Source: Acidobacteriota bacterium
GTDB taxonomy: Bacteria > Acidobacteriota > UBA6911
DNA length: 64,000 nucleotides
Direction of reading: 5' to 3'
Assembly: GCA_963664705.1 (NCBI GenBank)
Contig: OY761556.1
Coordinates: forward strand, 512,001 to 576,000
Under the pieces are notes generated by a model, which made no database searches, had not been told where the DNA came from, and saw only the letters and a program-made list of their open reading frames with translations. The position numbers and the translations under genes were made by a program. This document shows positions 31,895 to 42,092 of this stretch, one piece after another. Position 1 is the stretch's first letter; each line of letters starts with the position of its first letter.

Positions 31895-34705
31895 GTGACA
31901 CTCGAGATAAAGAACACTCTCAATTTACCGAAGACATCCTTCAGCATGAAAGCCAATCTGCCGCAGCGCGAACCGGAAATGCTGCGACACTGGGATGAGA
32001 TCGACATTTACGGAAAGATCCGAAGCGCCCGTGCCGGGTGTCCCACCTATGTATTGCACGACGGCCCTCCCTATGCGAATGGTGACATTCACATGGGCCA
32101 CGCCGTCAACAAGATCATCAAGGACATCATCGTCAAGTCCCGATCGATGATGGGCTACGATGCCCCTTATGTCCCCGGTTGGGACTGCCATGGGCTGCCG
32201 ATCGAAATCAAAGTTGAAGAAAAGCTCGGGAAAAAGAAATCGGAGATGAGCAAGCTCTCGATCCGTCGAGCGTGCCGGAAGTATGCCGAGGATTATGTTG
32301 AGCGCCAGCGCAAAGGATTCAAGAGTCTCGAAGTTTTCGGCGAGTGGTCTGAGCCGTATCTCACCATGAGCTACAAATATGAGGCGGAAATTGCACGGGC
32401 GCTGGGCGGGTTTGTGGAAAAGGGGTTGGTGTACAAGGGGCAGAAGCCTGTGCACTGGTGTTTTTCGTGCAAGACCGCTTTGGCTGAAGCGGAGGTCGAG
32501 TACGAAGATCACACCAGCCCATCTGTCTATGTGGCATTTCCGATGGTATCGGATCTCTCCGATCTCGACCCGGCGCTTGCCGGAAAAGACTGGGCGGTGG
32601 TGATTTGGACGACGACCCCCTGGACACTTCCCGCCAACCTGGCGATCGCCTTCCATCCCGACTATCAGTATTCCGCGGTGCGGGTCGGCGGCAAGGGCTA
32701 TATCGTCGCCTCCGAATTGCTCAAAGCTGTATCGGAAAAATGTGGTTGGAGTGAGCCGCAGGAAGTGGCCAGATTTGCCGGGAAATCGCTGGAAGGGCGA
32801 AAAGCGCGCCATCCATTTATTCCGCGCGACTCGGCGCTGGTGCTTGCGAACTATGTAACGCTGGATGCCGGTACGGGCTGTGTACACACGGCTCCGGGCC
32901 ATGGCTATGATGATTATGTCACCGGCCGCAATTACGGGATGGAGATCCTTTGCCCGGTCGACGATGACGGCCGTTTTCTGAAGACTGTCGATCGGTTTGG
33001 CGGCATGGAGGTGTTCAAAGCCAATCCGCAGATAGTCGAATACATGCGTGAAATCGGGGCACTGCTTTTCTCGGAAAATTTCCAGCACAGTTATCCGCAT
33101 TGCTGGCGCTGCCATCACCCGATCATTTTCCGGGCAACGCCGCAGTGGTTTATCGCGTTGGATGAGAATCAATACCGGAGCCAGGCGCTTGAAGCCATTA
33201 AGCGTGTACGGTGGATTCCTGCCTGGGGCGAAGAGCGAATCAGCAACATGGTTCGAGAGCGACCCGATTGGTGTATCTCCCGACAGCGGGCATGGGGCGT
33301 TCCAATTGTGGCGTTCTACTGCACCGATTGCGGAGAGGTGCTGCTCAGCAAGAAAATCATCGACCACGTTGCCTCCATTTTCGATAAAGAAGGTGCTGAC
33401 GCATGGTACGCGCATCCGCCTTCCGAACTCTTGCCAGCGGGGACCGTTTGTTCCAAGTGCGGAGCCAAGGACTTTCGCCAGGAATTCGATATTCTCGATG
33501 TCTGGTTTGATTCCGGCAGCAGCCATCTCGCGACCCTGGGATCGCGAGCCGATATGCCCTGGCCTTCCGATCTGTATATCGAGGGCGGGGACCAGTATCG
33601 CGGCTGGTTCCAGAGTTCTCTCCTGATTGCGGTGGCTTTGCACGGAGAAGCTCCTTACCGAACTGCCATTACGCATGGTTGGACTCTGGACGAGCAGGGT
33701 AGGGCGATGTCCAAATCCAAGGGGATCGGGATTGACGCGGCGGATCTCGTCAAGAAACGAGGGGCTGAGATCGCACGCCTCCTGTTCAGTTCAGTCAGCT
33801 ATGTCGAGGACATTCGCATTTTCGATGAATTGCTGGAACGGCTGGGTGAGGCATACCGCAAGATCCGGAATACGTGTCGGTTCATGTTGGGAAACCTGAG
33901 CAACCAGCAGGATCCCCAAAAACCCTATTTTGATCCGGCGGCAGATCGTGTCCCCTGCGAACAGATGCTTGAAATCGACCGCTGGGCGCTGGCGCGGAAA
34001 GATCAATTGATTCAGAAGTGCCTGAAGGGATACGAGGATTATCAGTTCCATCAGGTCTATAGCGCGCTCTACAATTTCTGCACGGTGGATATGTCGGCGT
34101 TTTACCTGGATATTTTGAAAGACCGGCTTTATACCGCGGCAACGCATTCAGTGTCGCGTCGCTCCGCCCAGACGGCTATCTGGGATATCCTCGATGCCTT
34201 TACCCGTCTGCTTGCCCCCATCCTGTGTTTCACCAGTGAGGAAGTGTACGCGGCGATGTATGAAGGTCTTCCCCCCGAAACGCGCGCGGAATCCGTTCAT
34301 GTATTGCTTTTTCCCAAAAGCGAATTGCGTGAGGAGCAAACGCTCCTGGCGGAATGGGAAAAAATACGCACAGTACGTGAAACCGTGCTGAAGGCGCTCG
34401 AGGATGTTCGCAAGGCGGGAACCATCGGCAATTCCCTCGAGGCCAAGGTCATTATTCGCGCCGCGGGCGAAAATGCCGCCCTTCTGAGCCGGCATGCATC
34501 CGATTTGCGGTACATTTTTATCGTGTCCCAGGTCGAAGTGAAGGACGATGCAAGCGCCGGTGATGATCTCCGAATAGAGGTGGTAAAGGCGGATGGGCAG
34601 AAATGCGAACGTTGCTGGAACTATGCCGTGGAGATAGGACAGGATTCCAAATATCCGACGCTTTGCGGCCGCTGTGTTCCAGCCATAGAGGAAATGTACA
34701 ACTAG
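31895..34705 (+). CDS. ileS: Isoleucine--tRNA ligase (type 1)
   Basis: GTG start after GGGAG; [27 protein letters not shown]-terminal CERC/CGRC zinc finger. Confidence 0.97.
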   Translation: MTLEIKNTLNLPKTSFSMKANLPQREPEMLRHWDEIDIYGKIRSARAGCPTYVLHDGPPYANGDIHMGHAVNKIIKDIIVKSRSMMGYDAPYVPGWDCHGLPIEIKVEEKLGKKKSEMSKLSIRRACRKYAEDYVERQRKGFKSLEVFGEWSEPYLTMSYKYEAEIARALGGFVEKGLVYKGQKPVHWCFSCKTALAEAEVEYEDHTSPSVYVAFPMVSDLSDLDPALAGKDWAVVIWTTTPWTLPANLAIAFHPDYQYSAVRVGGKGYIVASELLKAVSEKCGWSEPQEVARFAGKSLEGRKARHPFIPRDSALVLANYVTLDAGTGCVHTAPGHGYDDYVTGRNYGMEILCPVDDDGRFLKTVDRFGGMEVFKANPQIVEYMREIGALLFSENFQHSYPHCWRCHHPIIFRATPQWFIALDENQYRSQALEAIKRVRWIPAWGEERISNMVRERPDWCISRQRAWGVPIVAFYCTDCGEVLLSKKIIDHVASIFDKEGADAWYAHPPSELLPAGTVCSKCGAKDFRQEFDILDVWFDSGSSHLATLGSRADMPWPSDLYIEGGDQYRGWFQSSLLIAVALHGEAPYRTAITHGWTLDEQGRAMSKSKGIGIDAADLVKKRGAEIARLLFSSVSYVEDIRIFDELLERLGEAYRKIRNTCRFMLGNLSNQQDPQKPYFDPAADRVPCEQMLEIDRWALARKDQLIQKCLKGYEDYQFHQVYSALYNFCTVDMSAFYLDILKDRLYTAATHSVSRRSAQTAIWDILDAFTRLLAPILCFTSEEVYAAMYEGLPPETRAESVHVLLFPKSELREEQTLLAEWEKIRTVRETVLKALEDVRKAGTIGNSLEAKVIIRAAGENAALLSRHASDLRYIFIVSQVEVKDDASAGDDLRIEVVKADGQKCERCWNYAVEIGQDSKYPTLCGRCVPAIEEMYN

Positions 34706-34714
34706 AACCCCACA

Positions 34715-34747
34715 AAATCCGCGGCAGGGAATAGCTGCCGCGGATTT
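34715..34747. terminator. Perfect 13-bp hairpin between ileS and lspA (weak terminator or processing/stability stem)
   Basis: AAATCCGCGGCAG-GGAATAG-CTGCCGCGGATTT; short U tract only. Confidence 0.55.
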
Positions 34748-34758
34748 CCCGAACTTCC

Positions 34759-35280
34759 ATGAACTCTGCCAAGATGCGAACGCGATATTACCTCATTCCA
34801 CTTTTCGTGGTGATCCTGGATCACGTGACGAAATGGTGGGTAAATCTCAGACTGGCGACCGATCCTATCGAGCTTATCCCGGGGTATCTAAGGCTTTCGT
34901 TGGTACACAATCCCGGCGTGGCATTCGGGTTGTTTTCCGAGGCTGTGTCCGCCTGGAAGCCCTATGTTCTGGGAGCGATGGCTGTTATCGCAATGGTGGT
35001 CATTTTTATGTATGCAAGGCGGGCCCCCGCGGATCGGCGTCTCCTTCAGTGCGGACTGGCAACAACAATGGGCGGAATCACGGGCAACCTCCTCGACCGC
35101 ATCATTCGTGGATATGTTGTCGACTTTATCGAATTTCACATCCACGAATCCTTCTACTGGCCGAACTTTAACGTTGCCGATTCTGCCATTACGGTTGGGA
35201 TCGCGCTGCTCTTGATTGATACCGTGTGCAATCCAGGCATCGATGAAATTGCCGGAGATGCTGCAAACGGCCATTCTTAG
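34759..35280 (+). CDS. lspA: Signal peptidase II
   Basis: NPGVAFG, GNLLDR, VVDFI, FNVAD; follows ileS. Confidence 0.95.
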   Translation: MNSAKMRTRYYLIPLFVVILDHVTKWWVNLRLATDPIELIPGYLRLSLVHNPGVAFGLFSEAVSAWKPYVLGAMAVIAMVVIFMYARRAPADRRLLQCGLATTMGGITGNLLDRIIRGYVVDFIEFHIHESFYWPNFNVADSAITVGIALLLIDTVCNPGIDEIAGDAANGHS

Positions 35281-35329
35281 ATATACAGGACACAGAATGC
35301 AGGACTGGAGATGCAGAGTTCGGGCGTCG
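35281..35329. repeat. Degenerate 7-nt array at the lspA/lolA junction
   Basis: ATATACA GGACACA GAATGCA GGACTGG AGATGCA GAGTTCG GGCGTCG. Confidence 0.65.
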
Positions 35330-35992
35330 GAGCTTATCCGGTATCTATTTTCCTGCGGGCTGGTTTTTCTTGCGCTTTTACCAACTCCCGTTCATGCAGC
35401 GGATCTGTCCGAGGCTATCGCCGGCCTGCAGAAACGCTATGCCTCGGTAGAGACGGTAAAAGGAAGTTTTCAGCAATCCTACCGGGCCCCCGGCATTCAG
35501 CGTGAACAGACGGGAGAATTCTGGCTGAAGAAACCCGGGCTCATGCGTTGGGAATACAAGACTCCCGATGTGCAGTTGTTCATTGCGGACGGCAGGAAAT
35601 CGTACCTCTATGTGCCGGATGATCGTCAGGTGACGATTCAGCCGCTGAGCCCGGCCGACCTGCACAACACGCCGCTCAGTTTTCTGCTGGGATCCGGTGA
35701 TATCAATAAGACATATTTCGTGGCATGGGAATCAGAATATAAGCGCAAGGCTGCGAATGGCCTCTTTATCCGCCTGATTCCGCGCCGGCAGCCGTCGGAG
35801 TATTCCTTTCTTGCCCTGGAGCTCGATCCGCAATCCTATGACCTGCGGCGGATCATCGTAAGAGAGCCGGGCGGAAGTACCTCCGAATTCCTGCTTTCAG
35901 GCGTAATCACAAATACGAAATTTGATAATGGACTTTTTCAGTTCAAAAAGCCAAAAGGCGTCGAGGAAGTTCGGCTCAATAACGAAGACTAG
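35297..35992 (+). CDS. lolA: Outer-membrane lipoprotein carrier LolA family (start uncertain)
   Basis: Signal peptide, KKPGLMRWEY, FIADG, C-terminal FQFKKPKGV. Confidence 0.88.
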   Translation: MQDWRCRVRASELIRYLFSCGLVFLALLPTPVHAADLSEAIAGLQKRYASVETVKGSFQQSYRAPGIQREQTGEFWLKKPGLMRWEYKTPDVQLFIADGRKSYLYVPDDRQVTIQPLSPADLHNTPLSFLLGSGDINKTYFVAWESEYKRKAANGLFIRLIPRRQPSEYSFLALELDPQSYDLRRIIVREPGGSTSEFLLSGVITNTKFDNGLFQFKKPKGVEEVRLNNED

Positions 35993-36010
35993 ATAGCGAA
36001 TTGCACACAC

Positions 36011-36802
36011 ATGGACTTGATGGATGATTTTGCAGCATTGGGTATGGAGGTCGCACGCGAAGCGGGACAGCTGCTGCTCGATCGGTTTCGCACAGACTTT
36101 ACCATTACACACAAAGGGGTCGTAAACCTTGTGACGGAAGTGGACCTTGCGGCGGAAGAACTGATTGTTTCACGCATCCGCAAGGCATTTCCTTCGCATG
36201 CCATTCTCGCCGAAGAGCGACATAATCAGGATCATAGCAAAGGAATCGCGTGGGTGATCGATCCGCTTGACGGCACGACGAATTATGCACACGGGTACCC
36301 GGTGTTTTCCGTGTCGATCGGACTCGAGATCGATGGGGAGATCCAATGGGGAGCAGTGTTTGATCCCACGCGGAATGAGCTCTTTTCCGCGTGTAAAGGC
36401 CGAGGCGCAGCCTGCAACGGCGCGCCCATAGGAATTTCGAAAAATTCCACGTTGACCTCCAGCCTGCTTGCCACCGGCTTTCCCTATGATATCCAAACCG
36501 ACAGCCGGAATAACCTGGACAATTTCTGCGCATTTGCCGTCCGGGTCCAGGGTGTCCGACGGGGCGGCTCCGCGGCGCTGGATCTGTGCTATGTTGCTTC
36601 CGGACGGTTCGACGGATTCTGGGAGTACAAGCTCAAACCCTGGGATTGCGCGGCCGGGTCGCTGATCGTCCGTGAGGCTGGGGGCACGATTTCCAATTTT
36701 GGCGGCCGGCCATTTTCGATCTACGAGGGCGAGGTTGTTGCGTCTAATGGTCTGATTCATCAACAAATGCTGGATGTGCTGGCGGCGGGAAATCGACGCT
36801 GA
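36011..36802 (+). CDS. suhB: Inositol monophosphatase
   Basis: LVTEVD, AEE, WVIDPLDGTTNY, GSAALDL, WDCAAG. Confidence 0.92.
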   Translation: MDLMDDFAALGMEVAREAGQLLLDRFRTDFTITHKGVVNLVTEVDLAAEELIVSRIRKAFPSHAILAEERHNQDHSKGIAWVIDPLDGTTNYAHGYPVFSVSIGLEIDGEIQWGAVFDPTRNELFSACKGRGAACNGAPIGISKNSTLTSSLLATGFPYDIQTDSRNNLDNFCAFAVRVQGVRRGGSAALDLCYVASGRFDGFWEYKLKPWDCAAGSLIVREAGGTISNFGGRPFSIYEGEVVASNGLIHQQMLDVLAAGNRR

Positions 36803-36832
36803 TCTATTCGGGAACGTTTAAAGGGGGATCCT

Positions 36833-37279
36833 ATGAAACTACGTGACAAAGTCAGTGCAGACCTGGTGGCCGCCATGAAGTCGAAAGAGGCGGAGAGGTT
36901 GAGTGTTCTGAGAATGATGAAGGCAGCGATACGAAACAAGGAAATCGATTCGCGGCAGGAACTCGAAGATCCTCAGGTGCTGCAGCTGCTGGTCAGTCTC
37001 ATCAAGCAACGGAAGGACTCCATCGAACAGTTCGCCAAGGGTGGCCGCACCGATCTTGTCCAGAAGGAATCGCAGGAAATTAAGGTCATTGAAGAGTACC
37101 TGCCGGCGGCTGTAACGGATGAAGAGATAGAAAGAACGGTTGTTGCTGTAATCGCTGAGATCGGAGCGTCAACCATAAAGGATATGGGAAAGGTCATGAA
37201 AGGCTGCATGGTGCAGTTTGCGGGCCGCCCCGTTGATGGCGCCAAAATCAGCGAGATAGTAAAAACCAAACTAAACTGA
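36833..37279 (+). CDS. GatB/YqeY domain protein
   Basis: AAMKSK..RLSVLR, IKQRKDSIEQF..GGR.DL, KDMGKVM. Confidence 0.93.
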   Translation: MKLRDKVSADLVAAMKSKEAERLSVLRMMKAAIRNKEIDSRQELEDPQVLQLLVSLIKQRKDSIEQFAKGGRTDLVQKESQEIKVIEEYLPAAVTDEEIERTVVAVIAEIGASTIKDMGKVMKGCMVQFAGRPVDGAKISEIVKTKLN

Positions 37280-37351
37280 GATGGCGAATTGCCAACGAAA
37301 TAGCTCGCTTCGATTGGCCAGTCGCAATTCGTCATTCGTAATTCGTCATTC
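37279..37351. repeat. Inverted pair of 7-nt arrays upstream of uvrC
   Basis: AGATGGC GAATTGC ... GCAATTC GTCATTC GTAATTC GTCATTC. Confidence 0.8.
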
Positions 37352-37370
37352 TCTTTGCTAACCTTTCACT

Positions 37371-39185
37371 GTGCTTCAGGAAAAACTGAATTATCTGCCG
37401 GCCGAGCCCGGCGTCTACATCTATAAAAATACTCAGGGAAAGATCATCTACGTTGGGAAGGCACGCTCGCTAAGAAGCCGGGTGCGTTCGTACTTCCAGG
37501 ATAGCCGGCCGCTTGATCCCAAGACGCAGCGGCTGGTCTCTGAGATTGCAGACCTGGAATATATTGTTACCGACAGTGAAGTGGAGGCATTGATCCTTGA
37601 ATCGACGCTGGTCAAAAGGAACCAGCCTCGGTATAACATCAACCTGAAGGATGATAAGAGTTTTCCTTACCTGAAGCTTACGGTAAACGAATCCTACCCG
37701 CGGATTTTCATCACGCGCCGAATCAAAAAGGACGGCGCCTTGTATTACGGGCCCTTTCTTCCCGCCAGCTATGCCCGGCAAACTCTAAAACTGGTCAACA
37801 AATATTTTAAGCTGCGCACGTGCAATCTGGACATCAATGGCATGCTTGCGCGACCCTGCCTGGATTATCAGATGAAACGTTGTCTGGGGCCTTGCGTCGC
37901 GGGGTTATGCACGCAGGAGCAGTACCGTCATGCGGTTGAAGATGTAAAGCTGCTGCTTTCGGGCAAAACCGATGAACTGATTCGTGGGCTGGAACGGCGA
38001 ATGGCGCAGGCTGCCGAGGAGTTGCTGTACGAGGCGGCGGCCGTGTATCGCGACTGGATTGGGATGGTTCGGGACATCTCAGAGCGCCAGAAAATGGCTG
38101 TCGATGGGCAGGATGACTGCGATTTGTTCGGGTACCATCAGGAAGGTTCCCAGCTTGCCCTGCAGGTGTTTGCTATGCGCGGTGGACGCGTGGTGGGGCG
38201 CCGTGAATTCTATTGGGAAGATCTGATTGCCTTTGACCCGGGCGATTTTTTTTCCGAAGCGCTGAATCAGTACTACCTGCAGGATACCTTCACACCCAAG
38301 GAGATTTATATTCCTGCGGATATTGAAGATGCCGAGGTGCTTCAGGAGTGGCTTTCCGCGCGCAAAGGGAGTCGAGTCCATATTCGGTCCCCGCGCCAGG
38401 GGATCAAATCGGAGATGCTGGACCTCGTCATGCGCAATGCGCAGATTTCTTTTGAAACGCGATTCCGGATTGCAAAATCAAAGGGGGAGGACCTGCTCAA
38501 GCCGCTGCAGGATGCGCTGGGAATCGAATCCCTGCCGCGGCGCATTGAAACGTTCGATATTTCGCACGTGCAAGGCAGCGATACGGTTGCCAGCATGGTC
38601 CTTTGCGTCAACGGCGTCATGCAGCGCAAGGGGTATCGAAAATTCAAAATCGAGACCGTTAAAGGACCGGATGACTTCGCAGCCATGCGGGAGGTCGTGC
38701 ACCGACACTACGAAAACTCACTGGAGCAGGATGAAGGAAATCTGCCTGATCTTGTGTTGATTGACGGCGGAAAGGGCCAACTGGCGGCCGCCATCTCGGC
38801 GTTGGATGATTTGGGGCTGGAAAATCAGGCCGTTGCCGCCATTGCCAAAAGGGAAGAGACGCTTTTTGTCAAAGGCAGGGAGGACCAGCCGGTTCAGCTT
38901 CCCAAAGACTCCCCTGTGCTGCATCTGGTTCAGATGATGCGAGACGAAGCGCACCGATTCGCGGTTTCGTATCATCGGAAAAGAAGGGAGCTTCGCGACT
39001 TCGATTCCGAACTGATGGATATTCCAGGCGTTGGAGAGGTCCGAAAAAAGGTCCTGCTCAGGGCGTTTGGCAGCCTTGAGCGTGTAAAGAAGGCTGCCTT
39101 TGACGAATTGGCCCCGTATGTCGGCCCCAAGGCCGCCTCGCAAATCATTGCCTATTTTGCCGGCAGTCAGACTCCTGACTCCTGA
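37371..39185 (+). CDS. uvrC: Excinuclease ABC subunit C
   Basis: GIY-YIG (PGVY..IIYVGKA), FDISH, IDGGKGQ, RDEAHRFA, HhH. Confidence 0.97.
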   Translation: MLQEKLNYLPAEPGVYIYKNTQGKIIYVGKARSLRSRVRSYFQDSRPLDPKTQRLVSEIADLEYIVTDSEVEALILESTLVKRNQPRYNINLKDDKSFPYLKLTVNESYPRIFITRRIKKDGALYYGPFLPASYARQTLKLVNKYFKLRTCNLDINGMLARPCLDYQMKRCLGPCVAGLCTQEQYRHAVEDVKLLLSGKTDELIRGLERRMAQAAEELLYEAAAVYRDWIGMVRDISERQKMAVDGQDDCDLFGYHQEGSQLALQVFAMRGGRVVGRREFYWEDLIAFDPGDFFSEALNQYYLQDTFTPKEIYIPADIEDAEVLQEWLSARKGSRVHIRSPRQGIKSEMLDLVMRNAQISFETRFRIAKSKGEDLLKPLQDALGIESLPRRIETFDISHVQGSDTVASMVLCVNGVMQRKGYRKFKIETVKGPDDFAAMREVVHRHYENSLEQDEGNLPDLVLIDGGKGQLAAAISALDDLGLENQAVAAIAKREETLFVKGREDQPVQLPKDSPVLHLVQMMRDEAHRFAVSYHRKRRELRDFDSELMDIPGVGEVRKKVLLRAFGSLERVKKAAFDELAPYVGPKAASQIIAYFAGSQTPDS

Positions 39186-39205
39186 CCTTCTGCATCCTGT
39201 CTTCT
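39170..39205. repeat. 7-nt array spanning the uvrC stop codon
   Basis: GACTCCT GACTCCT GACCTTCT GCATCCT GTCTTCT. Confidence 0.7.
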
Positions 39206-39259
39206 TTCTTGGTGACCCTAATCACTAAATTCCCTGCCCGAATCGCCGATCTGATAGAC

Positions 39260-40072
39260 ATGATTACACTACTACTTCTATTTGCGTTCAAAGTTGCAAC
39301 CGCGGGAGAATTGGCCTGTGTCGGATCGATACAGGAAACAAAGATTCAGGAAGATATCTATGTAGCGGGCGTGAGCGGCGAAGGGGCTTCGACCAATGCC
39401 ATGCCTGGGCAGATTCTCTACCTGAACGGTCCCGGCGTATCTTTCCTCAAGCCCGGAACGGTGCAGCGTGTGGTTCGTGCTGAAGGCCGTGTCCGCGATC
39501 CGCGAACTCGTGACAAGATCGGCATCTATTACAAAGATATCGGTACGGTCAAAATAGAAACTGTCGAACAGGAAGACGCGATTGCGCGCGTTGTCACAAC
39601 CTGTGAAGGGATATTGAAGGGAGACGTGGTTGTCCCCGGCGCGCCAAAGTCGGCGGTGGAGCTAAAGGGGAAACTGTCCACCGATGTAACCCCGGTACGG
39701 GGCGGGCTTACCAGTTCGATTCTCTTCGGTAAAGACGACAAACGGGAGCTTTCGGCTGGAGAGTTTTGCTTCATTCAGCTGGGTCGTCGGGATGGAATTC
39801 AGGCCGGGGATCAATTCGTTGTCTACCGCCCGAATCCGGCATTCAATGCCCAGGATATGACCGTAGGCGGCTCGGCCACAGATGCGATGTATTCGCCCAT
39901 GCGCAACCGGATATTGCCGAACAAAATGGAGTCGATGCTCAGGAATCGGAAACTCCCTCCGAAGGTGCTTGGCGACATTGTAATTGTGGAAGCCGGAGAA
40001 AAGATCGCGGTAGGGAAAATCGTCAACAGCATGTCCGAGATACATCCAGGGGATCTGGTTGTCAAAAAGTAG
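39260..40072 (+). CDS. Hypothetical exported beta-rich protein with two FlgT-C-like repeats
   Basis: Short signal peptide; repeated pattern ..IGTVKI...A.V...CEGILKGD and ..LGDIVI...A.GKIV..SEIHPGD. Confidence 0.7.
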   Translation: MITLLLLFAFKVATAGELACVGSIQETKIQEDIYVAGVSGEGASTNAMPGQILYLNGPGVSFLKPGTVQRVVRAEGRVRDPRTRDKIGIYYKDIGTVKIETVEQEDAIARVVTTCEGILKGDVVVPGAPKSAVELKGKLSTDVTPVRGGLTSSILFGKDDKRELSAGEFCFIQLGRRDGIQAGDQFVVYRPNPAFNAQDMTVGGSATDAMYSPMRNRILPNKMESMLRNRKLPPKVLGDIVIVEAGEKIAVGKIVNSMSEIHPGDLVVKK

Positions 40073-40101
40073 TCGGGACCTGCTGCCGCAACGCGAATGA
40101 T

Positions 40102-40140
40102 GTCTGGGGCCCCGCAGATGAAGTCTGCGCGACCCCAGAC
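40102..40140. terminator. Hairpin between convergent genes
   Basis: GTCTGGGG..CGCAGAT-GAA-GTCTGCG..CCCCAGAC. Confidence 0.5.
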
Positions 40141-40146
40141 GTATAT

Positions 40147-41187
40147 CTAGATTACGCTAAAATCGGAGACGATGGATTTGTCTCCTAATACCGTTCCGGG
40201 ACGCAGGCGGGCTCCTTCGCCGATGTGACATTGCCGTCCAACGATTGCCCGCTCAATTCTTGCGTTGGGCAGGATCCTGGTACCGCTCCAGATCACAGAG
40301 TCCTTGATCATCGCACCCTCTTCTACGCGACATGCTTCCCCAAGCACCGAATTTTCAATGGTAACGCCCGATTTGATTACGCACTTTCCATCCAGTACAG
40401 TGAAAGAGTCGATGGAGACCTGGTGTTTCTCCCAATTGTTGGGAGGGCAGGACTTTTGGGGATAGCCCGGCATCCGGGTCCGGCCCGAAATGATTCCATA
40501 GGTAGCCTCCAGGTATTTCTGTGGACTCCCAATATCCTGCCAGTACGCATGGGTCAGGTATGCATAGACGCGTGCGCCTTCCTGAACCATCGATGGGAAC
40601 AACTCACGCTCAAAGCTCTGCGCGCCTTCTCCGGAGATTCGATCAAGCACGGACCGCTCGAGGATATAGATGCCGGCATTGATCGTATCTCCGGTTATAT
40701 CATCCTCCGGCGGCTTTTCGGTAAAACGAAGGACCCTGCCATCCGGATCGGCTTCCACCAGGCCATAACCTACAGGATTCATTACGCGGGCGACGACTAT
40801 GGTTGCCTCGGCCTTCTTGGCGCGGTGGTATTCAAGGACCTCCAGCAGCGCGGTATCGGTTAAGATATCCCCATTGAGAACGATCGTTGTGTCATCGATG
40901 AGGTTTTCGGCGGCTTTGAATGCGCCGGCCGTGCCTCGTGGCAGATCCTCATGCGTATAGCGCATGGTGACTCCATATTGCATCCCGTCACCAAAAATAT
41001 CGGTGATTTTGCGCGGCTGATACGAAAGGCTGAGGATGATTTCGGTTATCTCCGCGCGTTTGATGTGATCAATCTGAAAGAAAAGGAACGGGATATTAGC
41101 CAGTGGGACAATCGGCTTTGGGACGTGGAGCGCAAGTGGACGCAGCCTTGCTCCTTTCCCTCCTGCGAGTATCAGTGCTTTGATCAC
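40147..41187 (-). CDS. NDP-sugar synthase (mannose-1-phosphate guanylyltransferase-like nucleotidyltransferase)
   Basis: LAGGKGARLRPL..PKP, GTAGA, VLNGD, FTEKP, INAGIY, WQDIG, hexapeptide C-terminus. Confidence 0.9.
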   Translation of the reverse strand: MIKALILAGGKGARLRPLALHVPKPIVPLANIPFLFFQIDHIKRAEITEIILSLSYQPRKITDIFGDGMQYGVTMRYTHEDLPRGTAGAFKAAENLIDDTTIVLNGDILTDTALLEVLEYHRAKKAEATIVVARVMNPVGYGLVEADPDGRVLRFTEKPPEDDITGDTINAGIYILERSVLDRISGEGAQSFERELFPSMVQEGARVYAYLTHAYWQDIGSPQKYLEATYGIISGRTRMPGYPQKSCPPNNWEKHQVSIDSFTVLDGKCVIKSGVTIENSVLGEACRVEEGAMIKDSVIWSGTRILPNARIERAIVGRQCHIGEGARLRPGTVLGDKSIVSDFSVI

Positions 41188-41393
41188 GTTTTCCGGGCCT
41201 CCGCGAACCCCCTATCATACCACAGGCATTCTCCGTCGGAAATCAAGGACCTGCGGAGGATCGCATCGTTTCGGGCGGGGATAGACCGGATCGATAAGCC
41301 TGTGCCGGTCGAAGGGTAAGCGGGCGCATATTGTGTTGGAATGTGATGGGAGTGTACCCGGTTTTATCTTTTTGTGTTAATGTAAATCCGCCT

Positions 41394-42074
41394 ATGAATC
41401 TGCCAAATGCACTGACTCTGGCCAGGATTTTCCTGGTGCCTATTATTGTCGCCGTACTGCTGACGGTAGAGATGCGTGTCTGGGCATTCTGGGGTGCGAG
41501 CCTGTTCCTGGCGGCGGCGCTCACGGATTTGCTGGATGGCTACCTCGCCCGCAGAAGGAAACAGATAACCACTCTCGGGCGGTTGCTGGATCCCATTGCG
41601 GATAAACTGCTGATCTCCTCTGCGCTGATTGCTCTAGTTCAGCTTCAAATAGCTCCGGCCTGGATGGTGGCGATCATTGTCGGTCGCGAGTTTGCCGTAA
41701 GCGGTCTCCGCAGTATCGCGGCGCACGAAGGCTTCTCCATCGATGTCTCGACCTTGGGAAAAGGCAAAATGGTGACGCAGGTGGCTGCTGTTGTCGGCCT
41801 GATTCTTGGATCCAAGTATGGCGGGTGGGTCGAAAGCACCGCCAGGATACTGCTCTGGGCGGTCGTGTTCTTTGCGCTGGTTTCCATGGTCCAGTATTTT
41901 CGTGAATTCTGGTCCAAGCTGGATAGCAGCATCAAGCATCGTGAGCGACGCCGGATGAAGATTCTTGAAAGACGCCGGCAGTGGGCATCCGAACGGAAGG
42001 AACTCAGGCGGCTTCGAAAACTGGAGCGTATGCGCAAGCATCAGGCGGGGCCGGTACCTCCAACCACCGGATAG
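41394..42074 (+). CDS. pgsA: CDP-diacylglycerol--glycerol-3-phosphate 3-phosphatidyltransferase
   Basis: MNLPNALTLAR, DLLDGYLAR...GRLLDPIADK, GREF, GKGK. Confidence 0.93.
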   Translation: MNLPNALTLARIFLVPIIVAVLLTVEMRVWAFWGASLFLAAALTDLLDGYLARRRKQITTLGRLLDPIADKLLISSALIALVQLQIAPAWMVAIIVGREFAVSGLRSIAAHEGFSIDVSTLGKGKMVTQVAAVVGLILGSKYGGWVESTARILLWAVVFFALVSMVQYFREFWSKLDSSIKHRERRRMKILERRRQWASERKELRRLRKLERMRKHQAGPVPPTTG

Positions 42075-42092
42075 CCAGGCGGTGAATAAGCC

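Noticed and set aside
31925-33676. 583-aa minus-strand ORF, and similar long ORFs at 6502-7371, 47415-48257 and 52516-53751
   Set aside because: Antisense shadows of ileS, ligA, mpl and the oxidoreductase; no motifs, and expected from GC-rich codon bias
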